Source: an uncultured archaeon
Lineage (GTDB): Archaea > EX4484-52 > JAADEF01
Assembly (NCBI GenBank): GCA_964407715.1
Contig: CAYOWP010000006.1
Span: forward strand, 12,645 to 30,782
Direction: 5' to 3'
DNA: 18,138 nucleotides
Of this stretch, positions 16,646 to 18,138 are shown piece after piece. A program made the translations under genes and the position numbers. The notes under the pieces were generated by a model. It saw only the letters and a list, made by a program, of their open reading frames with translations, searched no databases and was not told the origin of the DNA. Position 1 is the stretch's first letter, and each line of letters begins with the position of its first letter.

Positions 16646-17641
16646 TTACATTTTCACAGAATCTTTGATTTTTTTATTTAAATATGCTAAGAACATTTTT
16701 ATAGTTTGATTTTCCAGATTATCAATTTTTTCTTCTGCCTTAAGAAGGAAACTTTCCATATTATCAATCGCATTATCTATTATCTTCTTTTCTTTTAATA
16801 ACCTATAAACATCACGAGCAGCTTTCACATGATTTCTATGATTTCTTTTTCTCTCTTTATATATCTCTAATATATCAATGCCTTCTTTTTTTGCCAATAC
16901 ATACAAGATTGTTGGCTTATTTTCTTTTAAATCTGATGCAAAATCCTCTCTCCATTTTTGATGAGTATAAAGAATATCATGAATATCATCTGCCATTTGA
17001 AATGCCTTTCCAATTTCTTTACCTATATAATAAAGAAGTTTTTTCTTTTTTGATTTTTTTGCAGATAAAGAAAGAGCCACACCAAAAAATTCAGCTGTCT
17101 TTAATGATATCATATTAAGATATTCATCATATATTTTTTGTGGATCAACTTTCTCTTTGAGAATTTTTTCAGAAAGTTGCATCTCTAATGCCTGACCATC
17201 GCATATAGTGTTATACAATCTGCAGAGCTCCTTCATAGTATTTTGAGGTCTAGTGATGGATACAGCATAAGAAAACAGAACATCTCCGCATAGTATTCCC
17301 ATGTCATGTCCAAATTTTTTATGCACTGTGGATTTTCCACGTCTAAGAGAGCTTTTATCAATTATATCATCATGAACTAATGTTGAAACATGTATCATCT
17401 CAAGTGCAGCAGCATTTTTTAGATGCCTATCATTTTGATAGTTTTCCCCCACCTCATCACATCCAAAAAGATAAAGCAACGGCCTTAATAGTTTTCCTCC
17501 ATTTTTGAAATACCATTCTCCAGCTTCTTTTAATTTCTCGGAATAAAAGGAAATCTCATTTAAGAGATTATTAAGATAACTTTTTATCTTGTTTCTCCTT
17601 TCGTTTATTTCTTTCTCTATTCCTTGATAATTTTTTTCCAT
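16646..17641 (-). CDS. Polyprenyl synthetase (trans-isoprenyl diphosphate synthase)
   Basis: GGKLLRP, first Asp-rich motif LVHDDIID...RRG, GQ, KT and second motif FQMADDIHD. Start MEKNYQ at 17641 preferred over the low-complexity upstream extension; start uncertain. Confidence 0.93.
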   Translation of the reverse strand: MEKNYQGIEKEINERRNKIKSYLNNLLNEISFYSEKLKEAGEWYFKNGGKLLRPLLYLFGCDEVGENYQNDRHLKNAAALEMIHVSTLVHDDIIDKSSLRRGKSTVHKKFGHDMGILCGDVLFSYAVSITRPQNTMKELCRLYNTICDGQALEMQLSEKILKEKVDPQKIYDEYLNMISLKTAEFFGVALSLSAKKSKKKKLLYYIGKEIGKAFQMADDIHDILYTHQKWREDFASDLKENKPTILYVLAKKEGIDILEIYKERKRNHRNHVKAARDVYRLLKEKKIIDNAIDNMESFLLKAEEKIDNLENQTIKMFLAYLNKKIKDSVKM

Positions 17642-17715
17642 CTTTTGATGAAGTAATAGAAAATACATATAAAATATTAATAATTTTGATAACATTTTTA
17701 AATCTTAAGCAAATA

Positions 17716-17787
17716 TAGCCCCGCCAGGATTCGAACCTGGGTCGCAGGGTCCAGAGCCCTGCATGATTACCACTACACCACGGGGCT
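17716..17787 (-). tRNA. tRNA-Gln(CUG), no intron
   Basis: AGCCCCG/CGGGGCT acceptor stem with the archaeal A1-U72 pair, CAGGG CT CTG GA CCCTG anticodon arm, CCAGG TTCGAAT CCTGG T arm. Confidence 0.96.
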
Positions 17788-17818
17788 CCATGATAATATA
17801 AATTAAAATAAAATTTGA

Positions 17819-17826
17819 TATATAAA
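17819..17826 (-). promoter_or_regulatory. Probable TATA box of tRNA-Gln
   Basis: Minus-strand TTTATATA 32-39 nt upstream of the tRNA. A similar TTTAAAAA lies 34-41 nt upstream of tRNA-Met (117-124). Confidence 0.4.
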
Positions 17827-17852
17827 AAGATTTATATTCTTCGTATTGTTTA

Positions 17853-17987
17853 GGCATGTCCAATAATTCTCTATTAAAGTAACCTTTTAAAGAGACGCAT
17901 TAGAGCAGCAAACCTTAGAGAGCCAATGCGATCACCGCTACAAGTGCTATTTGCGTGTTAAGTTTCCGCTTAACAATGAACAATGCC
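17853..17987. mobile_element. MITE-like element, copy 2 (135 bp, internally deleted) with 9-bp target-site duplication
   Basis: Ends GGCATGTCCA...TGAACAATGCC, flanked by the perfect direct repeat TATTGTTTA (17844-17852, 17988-17996). Interior blocks match about 5193-5234 and 5346-5389. Confidence 0.88.
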
Positions 17988-18000
17988 TATTGTTTACGCT

Positions 18001-18138
18001 CTATGAGGAAAACATATCAGAAAATACAACATCAGGTAAGCATTTACACAGCTGTTTCGCTGGATGATTATTGCCTTGGATACATACCTCTTTGAGGAAG
18101 GTAGAAATTGGAAAATCTTTCCCTTTCTCCTCATACTC
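18001..18138 (-). CDS. Possible 3' end of a gene entering from the right edge
   Basis: Frame open from the window edge to a TAG: EYEEKGKDFPISTFLKEVCIQGNNHPAKQLCKCLPDVVFSDMFSS*. No motif recognised. Confidence 0.4.
   Translation of the reverse strand, partial: EYEEKGKDFPISTFLKEVCIQGNNHPAKQLCKCLPDVVFSDMFSS

Noticed and set aside
17642-17695. 18-aa hydrophobic N-terminal extension of the prenyltransferase
   Set aside because: It falls in AT-rich sequence just downstream of tRNA-Gln and is probably promoter/terminator DNA; the family is normally soluble.

Overview
AT-rich archaeal chromosome segment; gene content, protein style and a UAU-anticodon tRNA suggest a DPANN-type lineage (inference). 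It holds the conserved rps13-rps4-rps11-rpoD-tRNA-Leu-rpl18e-rpl13-rps9-rpoN-rpoK cluster on the minus strand (rpoK is absent from the ORF track) and four tRNA genes: Met(CAU, truncated, intron), Ile(UAU, intron), Leu(UAA, intron) and Gln(CUG). It also has a MEMO1/AMMECR1 pair, two secreted/surface proteins (488 and 1856 aa), three membrane proteins and a trans-prenyltransferase. Three signals stand out. (1) The Met and Leu tRNA introns share one architecture: an antisense copy of the host tRNA's own anticodon arm, then a variant box D'/C' kink-turn (AUGA...AUGAUU). In both, the standard D+5 rule lands on wobble base 34, suggesting self-guiding 2'-O-methylation introns, including one in tRNA-Leu. 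(2) A rare tRNA-Ile(UAU). (3) A non-coding repeat family, present as a tandem array of 111-141 nt hairpin units with unit-specific compensatory changes and inside two TIR-bounded MITE-like elements, one with a perfect 9-bp target duplication. All calls are by eye; no searches or folding programs were run.
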